Of a stretch of 59,078 nucleotides of DNA, positions 46,685-56,967 are shown piece by piece. The notes below the pieces were generated by a model. That model ran no database searches. It was not told the DNA's origin and was given only the letters and a program-made list of their open reading frames with translations. Source of the DNA: an uncultured Candidatus Bathyarchaeia archaeon (GTDB lineage: Archaea; Thermoproteota; Bathyarchaeia; 40CM-2-53-6; JALHTG01). Every line of letters starts with the position of its first letter. The stretch's first letter is position 1. Made by a program: the position numbers and the translations under genes. Location of the stretch: the NCBI GenBank assembly GCA_964631575.1, contig CAZVYD010000003.1, positions 1 to 59,078 of the forward strand, read 5' to 3'.

Positions 46685-47950
46685 TCAGCTTGAGCCTGTC
46701 TTGGAGTATCTCAATATAGCGGCAATTCCTCCGAAGCCTTTGAGAAGTTGTTGGCCCTCCTCCGTTTCCGCGGAAATTATCTCAACATCCACACCCTTGT
46801 TTTCGCCGATTTCAGCAAACTCTTCAAGCAGGTCTCTCTTCTCAACCTGAAGTGTGGCGTTATTGCATTTCTTACATTGAAATGAAGCGGCGTCCTGCTC
46901 TAGCCTAGCCATCTCATGTGGAAGCGCGAGCCTATCCTCTGTGAACCCGCAGGCCCGACACTTGATGGTGGCGTGAACCATCTCAAGCTTCTCTGAAAGA
47001 AGCAGGACGCTAACAAGGCCAGTGTCCAACGCCCTACGAACCTCACTTTCACCGTACGCGGCCAAACCAGTATCATGTCCTACCTCGTAGAGGAACCGTT
47101 GCACAAGTCTCTTTTCTTCAGAGTAGCGAACTCCACGAAGGATCTCAGGCGCCTTCTCTAGAACCTCATCGATTCCGTTGTCGCCTACATATGAGGTGTC
47201 AACAGTCGCCACGATCTTCTTTTTCAACTCATAATTCAAGTAGTCCCCGTCCTCGAAATCGTATTTTGAAGGGCCCGGTCCGCCTACGATTAGCCCTCTC
47301 AGATCCGGTGTCTGCCCAAGGATCTCATTGGCGTGTCCTCCAACTCTTTTGTAGTATTGGTTCACTTCGGCCTCCCTGAGCCTCTCAAACCTCCGCGCCG
47401 ATTGTCCTCCCGCCCTGTGCTTGCCAGGAATCCCTGAAGTCATTTCCTTGACTACGCTGACCTGTCTGCCTCTCAGAGTCGCTACCAGAGCGTCGTTGCC
47501 ATCGATCAGAACGATTCCGAATGTGTCTTTCTCCCTAAGAATCTCAAGCAGTGGTTCGATGTGAAACCGGTTGTCACATCGATAGAGGTAGACGCGGATA
47601 GGCTCCGGTGGCTCTAGGACATAGGTCTCCATCCTTTCGGTTCCAGGGCCGTTCTGAGGAATCGCCCCGCAGAAAATGGCCAAGCCGTTCGGTGGAGGGC
47701 GCTTGAAAAGTTTCAAGCGCTGCATCGTCTTCTCAATCGCGTCGAGAACATTCTTCCTTGTAGTTCTGGACTTTATGTTGGACGCGGTTCCATATTCTTC
47801 GCGAAGTTGACCTATAACCTCATGAATCTGCCGGTCAGGCGGAACGTACAAGGTGATGAGCTCAGTCCCGCGGCCTTCTTTCGAGGCCAGTTGATCCAGC
47901 GTCCGCTTCAACTTGAATCTGGAAACTGAATCCTGAGACTGAGCTTGCAA
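46685..47950 (-). CDS. prf1: peptide chain release factor aRF1
   Basis: GRGTELITLY, TASNIKS, YRCD, GGQS and FGGIAAILRY motifs. Confidence 0.97.
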   Translation of the reverse strand: MQAQSQDSVSRFKLKRTLDQLASKEGRGTELITLYVPPDRQIHEVIGQLREEYGTASNIKSRTTRKNVLDAIEKTMQRLKLFKRPPPNGLAIFCGAIPQNGPGTERMETYVLEPPEPIRVYLYRCDNRFHIEPLLEILREKDTFGIVLIDGNDALVATLRGRQVSVVKEMTSGIPGKHRAGGQSARRFERLREAEVNQYYKRVGGHANEILGQTPDLRGLIVGGPGPSKYDFEDGDYLNYELKKKIVATVDTSYVGDNGIDEVLEKAPEILRGVRYSEEKRLVQRFLYEVGHDTGLAAYGESEVRRALDTGLVSVLLLSEKLEMVHATIKCRACGFTEDRLALPHEMARLEQDAASFQCKKCNNATLQVEKRDLLEEFAEIGENKGVDVEIISAETEEGQQLLKGFGGIAAILRYSKTGSS

Positions 47951-47982
47951 AGCAGACGCCTCACACGCCTACCCCGAACTCA

Positions 47983-47992
47983 CTTATATAAG
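47983..47992. promoter_or_regulatory. palindromic TATA box between divergent prf1 and pyrH
   Basis: CTTATATAAG is a perfect palindrome 33-38 nt from both start codons. Confidence 0.55.
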
Positions 47993-48029
47993 CAGATTGC
48001 CCCGTCAGTATCAACAGAGGAGCTGTCAG

Positions 48030-48707
48030 GTGAACTCCGTCATCAAGATTGGCGGTTTCTTGTTCGGAGACAAACTGGACGAGAATCAAATCAAAGCGTA
48101 TGCTCAGGTATTGAGGGATATTCACAGACAAGGCCAGGGGATGGTCATCATTACCGGGGGAGGAGAAACAGCCCGGAAGTACATTACTGCAGCAAGAGCA
48201 CAAGGCACAAACGAGGCACAATGTGACCAGATCGGTATTCATGCAACGCGCCTGAACGCGAGGCTGCTTATCTCTGCACTCGGAGAAGATGCGTTTCCCG
48301 AAGTTCCAAAAACGATAGAGGAGCTACGCAGATGTTTCGTGACCGGAAAGATAGTGGTAATGGGCGGACTTCAACCAGCCCACTCAACAGACGCTGTCGC
48401 CGCCATAGCAGCAGAAGCGATCAATGCAGACGTATTCATCAAGACGACCGATGCCCCAGGCATCTGCACAGAAGACCCCAAGAAGCGCCCTGACGCCAAG
48501 AAGCTCGATGTGATACGCATCCAAGAGTTGTTAGAGATGCTTTCTAAGAGGTCCATCGCCGCAGGAGGTTACGAATTGATCGATCCGATCGCACTTAGGG
48601 TCATCGAGAGATCAAGAATATTGACTTGGATCGTTCCTGGAGAAGACCCCACAAACATAAAGAGGGCTCTGAGGGAAGAAGCTGTTGGAACTAAGGTAGT
48701 TCCCTAG
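48030..48707 (+). CDS. pyrH: uridylate kinase (GTG start at 48030)
   Basis: VIKIGG, TGGG..AR.YI, D.IGI.ATRLNA, GG.QP.HSTDAVA and DPKK.PDA motifs; GAGGAG upstream. Confidence 0.95.
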   Translation: MNSVIKIGGFLFGDKLDENQIKAYAQVLRDIHRQGQGMVIITGGGETARKYITAARAQGTNEAQCDQIGIHATRLNARLLISALGEDAFPEVPKTIEELRRCFVTGKIVVMGGLQPAHSTDAVAAIAAEAINADVFIKTTDAPGICTEDPKKRPDAKKLDVIRIQELLEMLSKRSIAAGGYELIDPIALRVIERSRILTWIVPGEDPTNIKRALREEAVGTKVVP

Positions 48708-48856
48708 CTACGACAGTTTTCACCGACGAATGACGCCGATCGTCATCAGAGAAGGCACGGTCTGCTATCAATTATCATTGGTTCGCAGTCGCTTCAGTAA
48801 GAGGTTTTAGCCTGGCTCCTCACTGCTTTTGACTATGAAGGTTCTTGATTTGGAAC

Positions 48857-50341
48857 TCATTTGGTAAGTCGGCGGTGTTCGCCTGGTGACGGTAGTGTTC
48901 CTCCGGTTCGGGTCTGAGCCTTTCCTTGGGGTGCTCTGAGCCTTTGCTTTCTGATCGTGAATACAATGAAGACAGCAAGGGTCGCTACAATCGCCGTCAA
49001 GGCAACGAAGAAAGCCGTGACCATGCTGTAGTCGCTGGTCCACGAAGCAACAACGTTGTGCGGTCTATCCATCAAGATTGTGGCCTTCGGGGTGGTCGCG
49101 GCGGCGTCTCCAGTCCAGCCACTGAAGACATACTTACCGCCTAGAGAACCGAAAGGTGATTCCATGGGTACTTCAGAGGGAATGGAGAACTCAGCTGTAG
49201 AACCGTCGTCATACCAGCCTTCTCCGCTTGGAGTCCCGTGCTTCGTTTCAACCGTCAAGTAGTACTGCCACCTCCAAGTGGCAGTCAAACTCTTCGGTCC
49301 GTCCATGACTAGAGTGACCGCATTCGAGGTGCTGGTCGCGGCCCCTTGCCATCCCAAGAACACCAATCTAGACTTCTTCTCTATTGTCTTTGAAGGCGAT
49401 AGGGCAGTCACAGATACAGTTGTTCCGCTATCCAGCCATTGCGTTGACTTATCGACTTGACCATCTTTGGGGTCGATCGTGAGCAGAAACTGGGTCTTCC
49501 AAGTTGCAGTCACCGTTTTGGGTGCGTTCATGCTGACCGTGCCCGTCGTGAAACTGCCGGCGTAGTCTCCCGTCCATGAATTGAACGTGTGTCGTATTCC
49601 CTCACCCCCAGTCACTTGTGAGGTCACAGAGAACGTGGCTGTTTGATCCTTGTCATACCATCCTCCTCCGGAAACCTGCCCGTAAGGAGAGTTTACGGTA
49701 AGCTTGTACTGCGTCACCCATACAGCCTCGATGATCTTCGGCGAATCCATGTAGACCAAGTTCAAGGGGTTGCTCGCACTATCTTGCAGCTGTGCGCCGG
49801 TCCATCTGTCAAATCTGTATCTTGTGCCTATTCCTTCCTCGATCGGAGAAGTAACTGCAACGCGTGCCCAGCTTCCCGCAAGATACCAGCCTGTGCCTTC
49901 AGGGCTTCCCCGATCAGACTTCACATATAGAAAGAACAGCGGGTCATATCTGAATGTCAGAGTAACAGTTGTGTTCGGGCTGGCCGTCTGAGAGTTGAAT
50001 CGACAGAAGAACGCGACGCCATTGTTGCCGTATGGCCCCCAAGACGGCCCTGGATAGATATAGTAGGGATAGCCGTAGTAGGGGTACCCGTTAGGCACAT
50101 AACTATCAATCGATATTGTTGGACCATAGGTCGTATTGAAAGTCAAGGTTCCCTCCCCATAGATCGTTCCCACTTGATAGCCTCCAGCATACACCTTTGC
50201 TCCGATATTGGGGTACAGTCCAACTGTCTTTACGGTTACATAGTACCAGCTGACCGCCTCAGTTGGGGGAGTCCCGAAGCTCATCATCAAACTCAAGAGT
50301 GCCATTAGAAGCAGAAGGGAGGCAGATCTGAACCCTTTCAA
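48857..50341 (-). CDS. secreted, C-terminally anchored surface protein with four GxGWY beta repeats
   Basis: Signal peptide; Tyr/Pro/Gly-rich patch; four repeats of about 75 aa; TM helix and RKQRLR. Confidence 0.85.
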   Translation of the reverse strand: MKGFRSASLLLLMALLSLMMSFGTPPTEAVSWYYVTVKTVGLYPNIGAKVYAGGYQVGTIYGEGTLTFNTTYGPTISIDSYVPNGYPYYGYPYYIYPGPSWGPYGNNGVAFFCRFNSQTASPNTTVTLTFRYDPLFFLYVKSDRGSPEGTGWYLAGSWARVAVTSPIEEGIGTRYRFDRWTGAQLQDSASNPLNLVYMDSPKIIEAVWVTQYKLTVNSPYGQVSGGGWYDKDQTATFSVTSQVTGGEGIRHTFNSWTGDYAGSFTTGTVSMNAPKTVTATWKTQFLLTIDPKDGQVDKSTQWLDSGTTVSVTALSPSKTIEKKSRLVFLGWQGAATSTSNAVTLVMDGPKSLTATWRWQYYLTVETKHGTPSGEGWYDDGSTAEFSIPSEVPMESPFGSLGGKYVFSGWTGDAAATTPKATILMDRPHNVVASWTSDYSMVTAFFVALTAIVATLAVFIVFTIRKQRLRAPQGKAQTRTGGTLPSPGEHRRLTK

Positions 50342-50571
50342 GTTCTACCCTCGCGATGAAACTCGCAATATAGTCTTTGTTCTTCCTCCTTTTCATCTTT
50401 TCGTATGAACTGGCGAGACAGACATTATTCAACTTGGCTCGCTGGGGTGATTCCAAATTACGAGAAGGATATATCATGACAAGCTTAAGAGAGGAATCGC
50501 TCTAGTGCTAAACGTCAGGATGACTGGCAATGTTGTTGTGGGACCAAGGCTTCTGGTGGCTGTAACGAATC

Positions 50572-51372
50572 ATGGAGCACGCCACAGACTGGATCTCAAG
50601 GTGCATTCGCCACGCGAAGTTTCTGGTTTTTCGCAACCGGAAGCTCTTGGGGACCTACTCGAGGACGAATGCGGAGATCATGCGTGCAAGAAACTACGTA
50701 CGTTCGCGCAGGATGAGGTTGGAACAGGCGTTCGATCAGGAGCTCTCTACTCTGCAGAGATTCTTTCAACAGATGACCTTTCTCAGTCTGGCACTCGCCT
50801 TTATGTCCGGGCTGATCTTGGGAGGTATCATAAGCTCAGTGCCCGCGGTCTTCATAATACTGACATTGGCCTTGGGCTTTCCTGTCGCTATCGCCTACGG
50901 TAGTGCGAATGGACTTTCGCCCATTTTCTCTACGGCCGCCGCAATCTCTGTGAACTGTTTCATATCGTATGCTGTGCTAAGGGTGATTCGGATAGTAGAA
51001 TCAAATCCACGTATTGAACCATATGTAACCCGAATCAGATCAAAATACGCGAGCACCTCACAGCGACTTATGTTACACGCTGGTCGGTTCGGAGTCGCAG
51101 GAGCTTTGGCCATATTCGCCTTTCTGATAGGCTGGTGGGTATCCGCCTTGGTGGCCTACATCTTGGATGTTGAGCTTGGAACGGCCATGAAAGGGATATT
51201 CGTCGGAGCGCTCATTGGAGGCCTCACATCCCTTGCCATATATCAGGGATTGCTCATCGCCGTGCCGAATCCCGGAATAATCTCATTCATATTCGTCACG
51301 ATTTTCGTGATCTCTGCGTACTTGACGAGGAGAGCTAGCCGCCGGAGAACAGTGTCCTTCAGCCGCGGTTGA
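50572..51372 (+). CDS. membrane protein, small multidrug-export-like; start probably downstream
   Basis: About six TM helices; G..GAL..F....GWW..AL.A..L pattern. Confidence 0.6.
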   Translation: MEHATDWISRCIRHAKFLVFRNRKLLGTYSRTNAEIMRARNYVRSRRMRLEQAFDQELSTLQRFFQQMTFLSLALAFMSGLILGGIISSVPAVFIILTLALGFPVAIAYGSANGLSPIFSTAAAISVNCFISYAVLRVIRIVESNPRIEPYVTRIRSKYASTSQRLMLHAGRFGVAGALAIFAFLIGWWVSALVAYILDVELGTAMKGIFVGALIGGLTSLAIYQGLLIAVPNPGIISFIFVTIFVISAYLTRRASRRRTVSFSRG

Positions 51373-52539
51373 TGTACTCCTCGGTTCTCTGATGAAGTAT
51401 GCCGGCACGGCCGAGCAGACGACACCGAATGCAGAGAAGAAGTATGGGGCGGCGATCCCGAAGCTCTCCCAAAGGGCGCCGCTCAGTCCTGCACCTATCA
51501 TGCTGCCGAACCACCATGTAGCTGCTGATATCCCGTTCATTAACCCCCATTTGTGCGACGGCGTGAGATCCATCATCAAAGCTTGGAAAGCCGGCCAAGA
51601 GGCATTTAGAATTGCATACCCTATGAACATGAACACAACCGCTTGAATGTAAGTCTTCGACCATCCAAACATAGCGAAGAATGGTGCGGAAAACAGAATT
51701 GTCAGGAGGACCATCCTTCTCTTCCCTGTCAGGGGAGCCAACTTGCCACCTGGAACTTGCACAATTAGAGATGCAACTCCGAAGCCAATAGCGTGCATAA
51801 GGCCGACCATAGTCATGTCGACCGAGAATCTTACAACTGCGAAAATCGGTGATATCGGTGTGAATATCCCGATTCCGATTCCTTGAACAATGTTGACCAT
51901 GGAGAAAGTCAACACGGTCCTAGAAAAGCCCGAAGTGTCAAATCTATCGATTGGAGTGGTGACCTTGCTTCGCTCTTTCAGCGTCTCCCTGATTGTTGCG
52001 GTGATCGCCACGTTTCCTAGAAAGAAGATGAAGCACAGTAGAAAAGGAGCTCGAATTCCAAACATATCGGCGACGGCGCCGCCGATGAGCGGCCCGAGAA
52101 CGAATCCTGCAAGTAATCCAGTATTCGCCCACCCGTATGCCCTCGCCAGGCCTTCAGATGTGGATGCGTCCGCCACGATTGAGTATCTCATCGGTACATA
52201 GATTCCAGGCGCCAGACCGGCCAAGACAACCCATGGAATCAGTTCAGTCCAGTTCACGGCATAGGAGTACATTAGTGGAGGCAGGACTGCCATGGCGGCT
52301 CCTGCGATGTGCAGCCTCCTTCTGCCATACTTGTCTGACAACGCGCCGCTCATCAACTGAAAGATCGCTGAAACTCCGTTTGATACGGAAAAGACCAGGC
52401 CCAGCTGAGTCACTGACGCACCAAGAAACCTTATGTAAAGTGGCCAGATCGGAGCGATTATGTTTGAGGCAAGAGAACTTGCCGCGAACGCAAGCGATAG
52501 AAGAAGAACATGTCTGTCGCTTCTCTTCAAGGCCCACAA
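51283..52539 (-). CDS. MFS transporter
   Basis: About 12 TM helices; GALSDKYGRR (motif A); LGPLIGG. Confidence 0.92.
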   Translation of the reverse strand: MWALKRSDRHVLLLSLAFAASSLASNIIAPIWPLYIRFLGASVTQLGLVFSVSNGVSAIFQLMSGALSDKYGRRRLHIAGAAMAVLPPLMYSYAVNWTELIPWVVLAGLAPGIYVPMRYSIVADASTSEGLARAYGWANTGLLAGFVLGPLIGGAVADMFGIRAPFLLCFIFFLGNVAITATIRETLKERSKVTTPIDRFDTSGFSRTVLTFSMVNIVQGIGIGIFTPISPIFAVVRFSVDMTMVGLMHAIGFGVASLIVQVPGGKLAPLTGKRRMVLLTILFSAPFFAMFGWSKTYIQAVVFMFIGYAILNASWPAFQALMMDLTPSHKWGLMNGISAATWWFGSMIGAGLSGALWESFGIAAPYFFSAFGVVCSAVPAYFIREPRSTSTAAEGHCSPAASSPRQVRRDHENRDEYE

Positions 52540-52677
52540 GAGTATTCTCTCATCTGTGCCCAGTGCTTGTCCCTGTAGCGCACATTTCCTTAATGAGTCA
52601 TCGCTCTTTTCCTTTGCGTAGGATCAGGCATACAACTCTTAAATGAGGTATACGTCACTCTTACTGGTTGATCTGTC

Positions 52678-52977
52678 GTGGTCAGGAAGATAGCTGAGGG
52701 TATTTTACAGAAGCTTCTCGGGTCGTTGACCGAGGTCCTTCATGAGGCGGTAATGGATGCTGTGGGTGAGATCATACGTGGCTTTCTGAGAAGACTTGTC
52801 CTAGCGCTACTTGGGGCTTTCTTGATTGTTTTTGGTGTCCTACTTCTCTTCCTGGGCTTGATTAGGTTTCTTGCTGTCTTCTTTCCTGAATGGTTGGCCT
52901 GGACTATTGTAGGCCTACTCATCGCGATCCTTGGGTTCGCGTTCTTACTGGCCTCTATGCCCCGAAGGAAACACTAG
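52678..52977 (+). CDS. small two-TM membrane protein (holin-superfamily-like topology)
   Basis: Amphipathic N-terminus, two TM helices with P.WLAW..VG, basic tail. Confidence 0.65.
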   Translation: MVRKIAEGILQKLLGSLTEVLHEAVMDAVGEIIRGFLRRLVLALLGAFLIVFGVLLLFLGLIRFLAVFFPEWLAWTIVGLLIAILGFAFLLASMPRRKH

Positions 52978-53065
52978 CTACGAGGCAATTGTGCTCATCT
53001 CCCCCGCTGCGGTATGACTCTGCACACATTAATTTCGCGATGGGACTAGTGGCTCATGATCAGGC

Positions 53066-53323
53066 TTGGTGCGCATCCAGGTCAAGCGATATAAGAAGAA
53101 ATACCTCTCAAAGGCGGTCTACCAGTGTACCAGCTACTTCCTCTACGTCAATAGAAATGTTGCTGAGAGATTCAGAGACAAGAATCTGAAGATGGTTGCC
53201 GAAGAAGACGCGATTGTTTTTCAAGTTGTCGGGGCAGCATTGACCTCTAGAAGAAATACTGAAGCATCATTCTCACACCAATCGCCACGACAAAGATGGC
53301 AAATATCCTCTGCAGGGACCTAG
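53066..53323 (+). CDS. small basic hypothetical protein, possibly AbrB-like
   Basis: VRIQVKRYKKKY...Y....YFLYV; its 3' end overlaps the convergent TauE gene. Confidence 0.4.
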   Translation: MVRIQVKRYKKKYLSKAVYQCTSYFLYVNRNVAERFRDKNLKMVAEEDAIVFQVVGAALTSRRNTEASFSHQSPRQRWQISSAGT

Positions 53324-54053
53324 CTTTCAATCTTCTCGCAGCAAACGCTCCAATTTGTGTGCCAAAAACTATACCAAAGCCTAATGCGGCTGCGGAATCA
53401 GCCAACACGTTCCCTAAGAGAACATGAGTGATCGCTCCTGAGATCGAGGTGAAGATCATGATGTACATCGAGGTTGCTACAGCAATGTGCATGGGCATAG
53501 TCATGACAAGAACCATCACTGGAACCATAACTGCTCCGCCTCCTACACCGAAGAATCCCGACGAGAATCCAGCAAGAAAGCTAAGGATCATGCCTGGAAC
53601 CATGTTTGCCGTGTACACAAAGGTCTCTCCCTTTGCATCACGGATTCTACGAAGCCAGCCCCATATCCTAGCTCGCTTCCTCTGGCTTTCCTCACCTGAA
53701 ATCACAAACATTCTCGTTGCGACAATGATCAGAAAGACTCCGAATAGCGAAGTCAGGTTCTTGGCTGATATGAAGCTTGTAGCCAAGGCGCCCAAAGTTG
53801 CTCCCGGAATACTTCCGATGGCTACAACCAACCCTAACGCGTAGTCAATTCGCTTCTGCCTCGCGTATGCGACGCTGGAGGCAAGGGCTGTAAAGATTAT
53901 CATGACCACACTTGTTCCCACAGCGTAATGCATAGAGATTCCGTAAAGCAGAACAAGGATCGGCACCATCAGAAATCCGCCGCCTACACCGATCATGGAA
54001 GAGAGTATTCCCACTATGAAGGCGAGCAGAGACATTGAAACAAGTTCCAGCAT
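53247..54053 (-). CDS. TauE/SafE (TSUP) family transporter
   Basis: Duplicated GVGGG..MVP motif; AVGTS and AVATS. Confidence 0.93.
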   Translation of the reverse strand: MLELVSMSLLAFIVGILSSMIGVGGGFLMVPILVLLYGISMHYAVGTSVVMIIFTALASSVAYARQKRIDYALGLVVAIGSIPGATLGALATSFISAKNLTSLFGVFLIIVATRMFVISGEESQRKRARIWGWLRRIRDAKGETFVYTANMVPGMILSFLAGFSSGFFGVGGGAVMVPVMVLVMTMPMHIAVATSMYIMIFTSISGAITHVLLGNVLADSAAALGFGIVFGTQIGAFAARRLKARSLQRIFAIFVVAIGVRMMLQYFF

Positions 54054-54142
54054 TATCGACTCACATTTGTTCCTCTACGGATGAAGCCCGGAACTACCAG
54101 CACCGTTCTTATAAGAACTCCCAAAAGAAAGCAGATCAACTC

Positions 54143-55192
54143 TTACACGATCTTGCGGTCACTCATGAAAAGATCAGACAGTTCATGGTAGGTTCGCAGG
54201 GCTTCTTCTTCCTTTTCCACTCCTTTGATGAGCATTCTGCCGTTTTTGAACAGACTGACCTCCACTCCATCATATCGAAAGACGATCACGACTGCCGAGC
54301 GTGCCAGAACATCGAATCTTCTTTGCATCTTCTGTGTTACCTTCTCAAAATCAATGTCGATGGGTTCGCTTGGGTTTACGTTGATCGTTTCTCTTCCGCA
54401 GAGCCAAGCAAGTCGTCCATTGCTTCTAAGCCTCGGATGGGTCTTTTTTCCACATATGCTACAATCTTCTCTCCTGAAGATCTCGATCTTTTCGAACTCC
54501 ATTCTTCTAAAGTCACAGACTAGGAGTTTTCCTTTCAGCGTTCCCTCGATGCCTGCGAGTAGCTTTATTGTCTCCACTGCCTGAATCGATCCGACCATGC
54601 CTGCTGTAGCTCCAAGAACTCCTCTCGTATCGCACCCCGGTAGGTTCCTGTCATCGATCGCAGGTAAGACGCACTCTAAGCATGGGGTCTCCGGTGGATT
54701 GAAAACTGATACATTGCCCTCCATCGCAATTGCTCCTCCGAACACGTACGGTATCCTGAGTCGTGAGCAAGCGGAGTTTACGATGTATCTCGTTCGCATG
54801 TTGTCCAGGCCGTCAACGACCACATCTGTGTTCTTAATGATCTGTTCGACATTTTCCTCTCTGATGTTGTCGGGTACTGACAAAGCCTCGATATCAGGAT
54901 TGACTTCCATCAACCTTTTAGCAGCAACCTCCGCCTTCGGCAGTCTGAGATCTTGAACTGTGAACAGGATCTGCCTGTGCAGATTATGAAGCTCAACTGT
55001 ATCTTGATCAACCAGAACTAACCGTCCAACACCTGCCAAGGCCAGATAGAGAGCGGATACTGATCCAATACCGCCCACCCCGATAACCGCTGCTTTCGTT
55101 CCTTTGAGCCTTCTCTGGCCTTCCTTTCCCAGCTCTTTCAGAACTATCTGCCGGCTATAGTACTCGACAGAATCAAAGCCAATCCCGGGCAT
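54143..55192 (-). CDS. HesA/MoeB/ThiF family E1-like adenylyltransferase
   Basis: YSRQ, GVGGIG, DQDTVELHNLHRQ, DGLDN, PCLEC, catalytic GC..RGVLG and CSIC motifs. Confidence 0.93.
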   Translation of the reverse strand: MPGIGFDSVEYYSRQIVLKELGKEGQRRLKGTKAAVIGVGGIGSVSALYLALAGVGRLVLVDQDTVELHNLHRQILFTVQDLRLPKAEVAAKRLMEVNPDIEALSVPDNIREENVEQIIKNTDVVVDGLDNMRTRYIVNSACSRLRIPYVFGGAIAMEGNVSVFNPPETPCLECVLPAIDDRNLPGCDTRGVLGATAGMVGSIQAVETIKLLAGIEGTLKGKLLVCDFRRMEFEKIEIFRREDCSICGKKTHPRLRSNGRLAWLCGRETINVNPSEPIDIDFEKVTQKMQRRFDVLARSAVVIVFRYDGVEVSLFKNGRMLIKGVEKEEEALRTYHELSDLFMSDRKIV

Positions 55193-55332
55193 CTTAGATA
55201 TCCCAGATTACTAGTTCTCAATCGTTGTGTTAAAGCCATTATCATTCTGGATCGTGACATGATCCTCTCGCAAGTCAAGTTGACCAGATCTCCAGCTTGA
55301 GAAGTCAACGGAGACTCAGGTCTTCCTCTCTT

Positions 55333-56343
55333 CTAGAAGTCTTCGTATACTTGAGAGCAGCAGAGTCCGGAGAAGCTGTACTTGAGATCTAGATTCTCAG
55401 CCAAGCGTACTGCCTTCGGGTCAGGATAGGTGATCGCGTTTACTCCAGCCTGTACAGCAAGGCGATCGATTTCTTCACGTAATTTTCCCTTGGGTCGAAC
55501 GCATCCAAGTGCAAGAGGAACCTTGGGCATCAACCTACGTGCCTCAACGATCACAGATGCGATGTCGCAGGGAGATGCGGGTGAACAAAGCTGCATAGGT
55601 GTTCCTGGGACAGGAGTGAAACCGATAATTATGACCGCTGCTGGCCTATGACGGGAAACCATTCTGAGAGCCTCAAACTCTCCTTTCAGTCTTCCGTAGT
55701 GAAGCCCCACGAGTACGTGAGGGACGACTCGTACCCCTTCTTGCTCCAAGACGCTGAGCGACGCATCGTAATCCTCGACCCTACGATTCAGCCTGTAAAT
55801 CTCTCTAATGGTCTCGTTAGAACCGATCACATCAATGAGAACGGCGTCAATTTCCACTCTCGCCAGCTCGCCAGCAAGATCCTTATTCACAAGGCCCGTA
55901 TGAACGACCACCTTCAACCCCAAGTCTCTTTTCGCCTTAGCTATTGCACCAATGAAAGTTTCCAAGGGAACCGTCCCATCTAATGTACATCCTCCGCTCA
56001 CTAGACAACCTTCAGCATTTGTGCGATGCAGTTCTTGGAAAACATCGACCAAGTCGTCAGGTGATTTCACAGGTATCATTGTCTCCAAGAGTTTTGCGCT
56101 GCAGTGTCGGCATCTCAGTGCGCAGCCATGTCCTGTAACGGAGATTGAAGGGAACGGGCGGACATGATTGTTCCAGTATCGATTGCCGTATGGCATGAAA
56201 CTTGGGGCATAGAACCTGATCCTACGGCCGAAATTCTTCCAGCTTGTCTCCTTCGCTCTGTTGAGAGCTTCGGTGAACTTCACATCAGAATCCATTGTTG
56301 GGGGCCATCTCAAGCCGTAGTTCTTCCATCGAGCCTTGAGCAC
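55333..56343 (-). CDS. radical SAM protein, LipS1-like lipoyl synthase subunit
   Basis: SISVTG..CALRCRHC, LVSGG, VVPHV..GL..G, LGCVRP and C-terminal CC. Confidence 0.75.
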   Translation of the reverse strand: MLKARWKNYGLRWPPTMDSDVKFTEALNRAKETSWKNFGRRIRFYAPSFMPYGNRYWNNHVRPFPSISVTGHGCALRCRHCSAKLLETMIPVKSPDDLVDVFQELHRTNAEGCLVSGGCTLDGTVPLETFIGAIAKAKRDLGLKVVVHTGLVNKDLAGELARVEIDAVLIDVIGSNETIREIYRLNRRVEDYDASLSVLEQEGVRVVPHVLVGLHYGRLKGEFEALRMVSRHRPAAVIIIGFTPVPGTPMQLCSPASPCDIASVIVEARRLMPKVPLALGCVRPKGKLREEIDRLAVQAGVNAITYPDPKAVRLAENLDLKYSFSGLCCSQVYEDF

Positions 56344-56370
56344 TGCCAGTTTTCCTTTCGAGGAAGCGAT

Positions 56371-56889
56371 CTACACATACGTTGCGATGGTCTGCGGGTA
56401 CTTTCTCATTAGAAGTCTTTCGAGTTCGAGTCTCAGTTCTCTGTCCAATTCCGCCTGTCTTTCAGATATGAACTCTATGCCTTTCGCAGAATGAATGACA
56501 GGTCCTTGGAGGATTCCGGGTGATCTTATCTCAGTTGAGGCGACAGGGTCTGTTCTCAAGGCTCTAGCAAGTAACTTTGATGGGCTTTCATTTGATCTCA
56601 GAGCTAACGCGACTTTCATCATCTGTCTTTCCGATAATGGTCGGAGCCCGAAAGTGTAAGGAGAGATCTTCTCGATGGTTTCGAAGTTTACAACTTTGTC
56701 TCTGACTCCGAAGCCAACTGAAAGGAAGGGGTTGATCTGCTCCTCTTTTATGAGCCACGTGTTGGAGTCATGTGAAACGATTAGGTCAAAGTGGCCTCTT
56801 CTGTCTCTCCCGACGAAGACTCTCCACCCGCTGGGATTTGAGTCGTATCTCTTCAGGATTTCCTTCTTGATGTCCTCAGCGGGCTCCAT
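56371..56889 (-). CDS. hypothetical protein
   Basis: Co-oriented ORF within the minus-strand gene string; no recognisable motif. Confidence 0.7.
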   Translation of the reverse strand: MEPAEDIKKEILKRYDSNPSGWRVFVGRDRRGHFDLIVSHDSNTWLIKEEQINPFLSVGFGVRDKVVNFETIEKISPYTFGLRPLSERQMMKVALALRSNESPSKLLARALRTDPVASTEIRSPGILQGPVIHSAKGIEFISERQAELDRELRLELERLLMRKYPQTIATYV

Positions 56890-56967
56890 CCTTCTCGCCT
56901 GTCAGCTTGCTAGAGATTCAAATCGACTGCAATCAAAGATATTAGCGTTTGTCGATTGCCTCCCCAC

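Noticed and set aside
51283-51372. 90-nt convergent overlap between the MFS gene and 50572..51372 as a frameshift
   Set aside because: Both proteins appear complete before the overlap, and similar tail overlaps occur elsewhere in the window (8617-8647, 41508-41542).
52678-52977. Holin indicating a provirus
   Set aside because: No viral structural, packaging or replication genes lie nearby; the topology alone is not specific.
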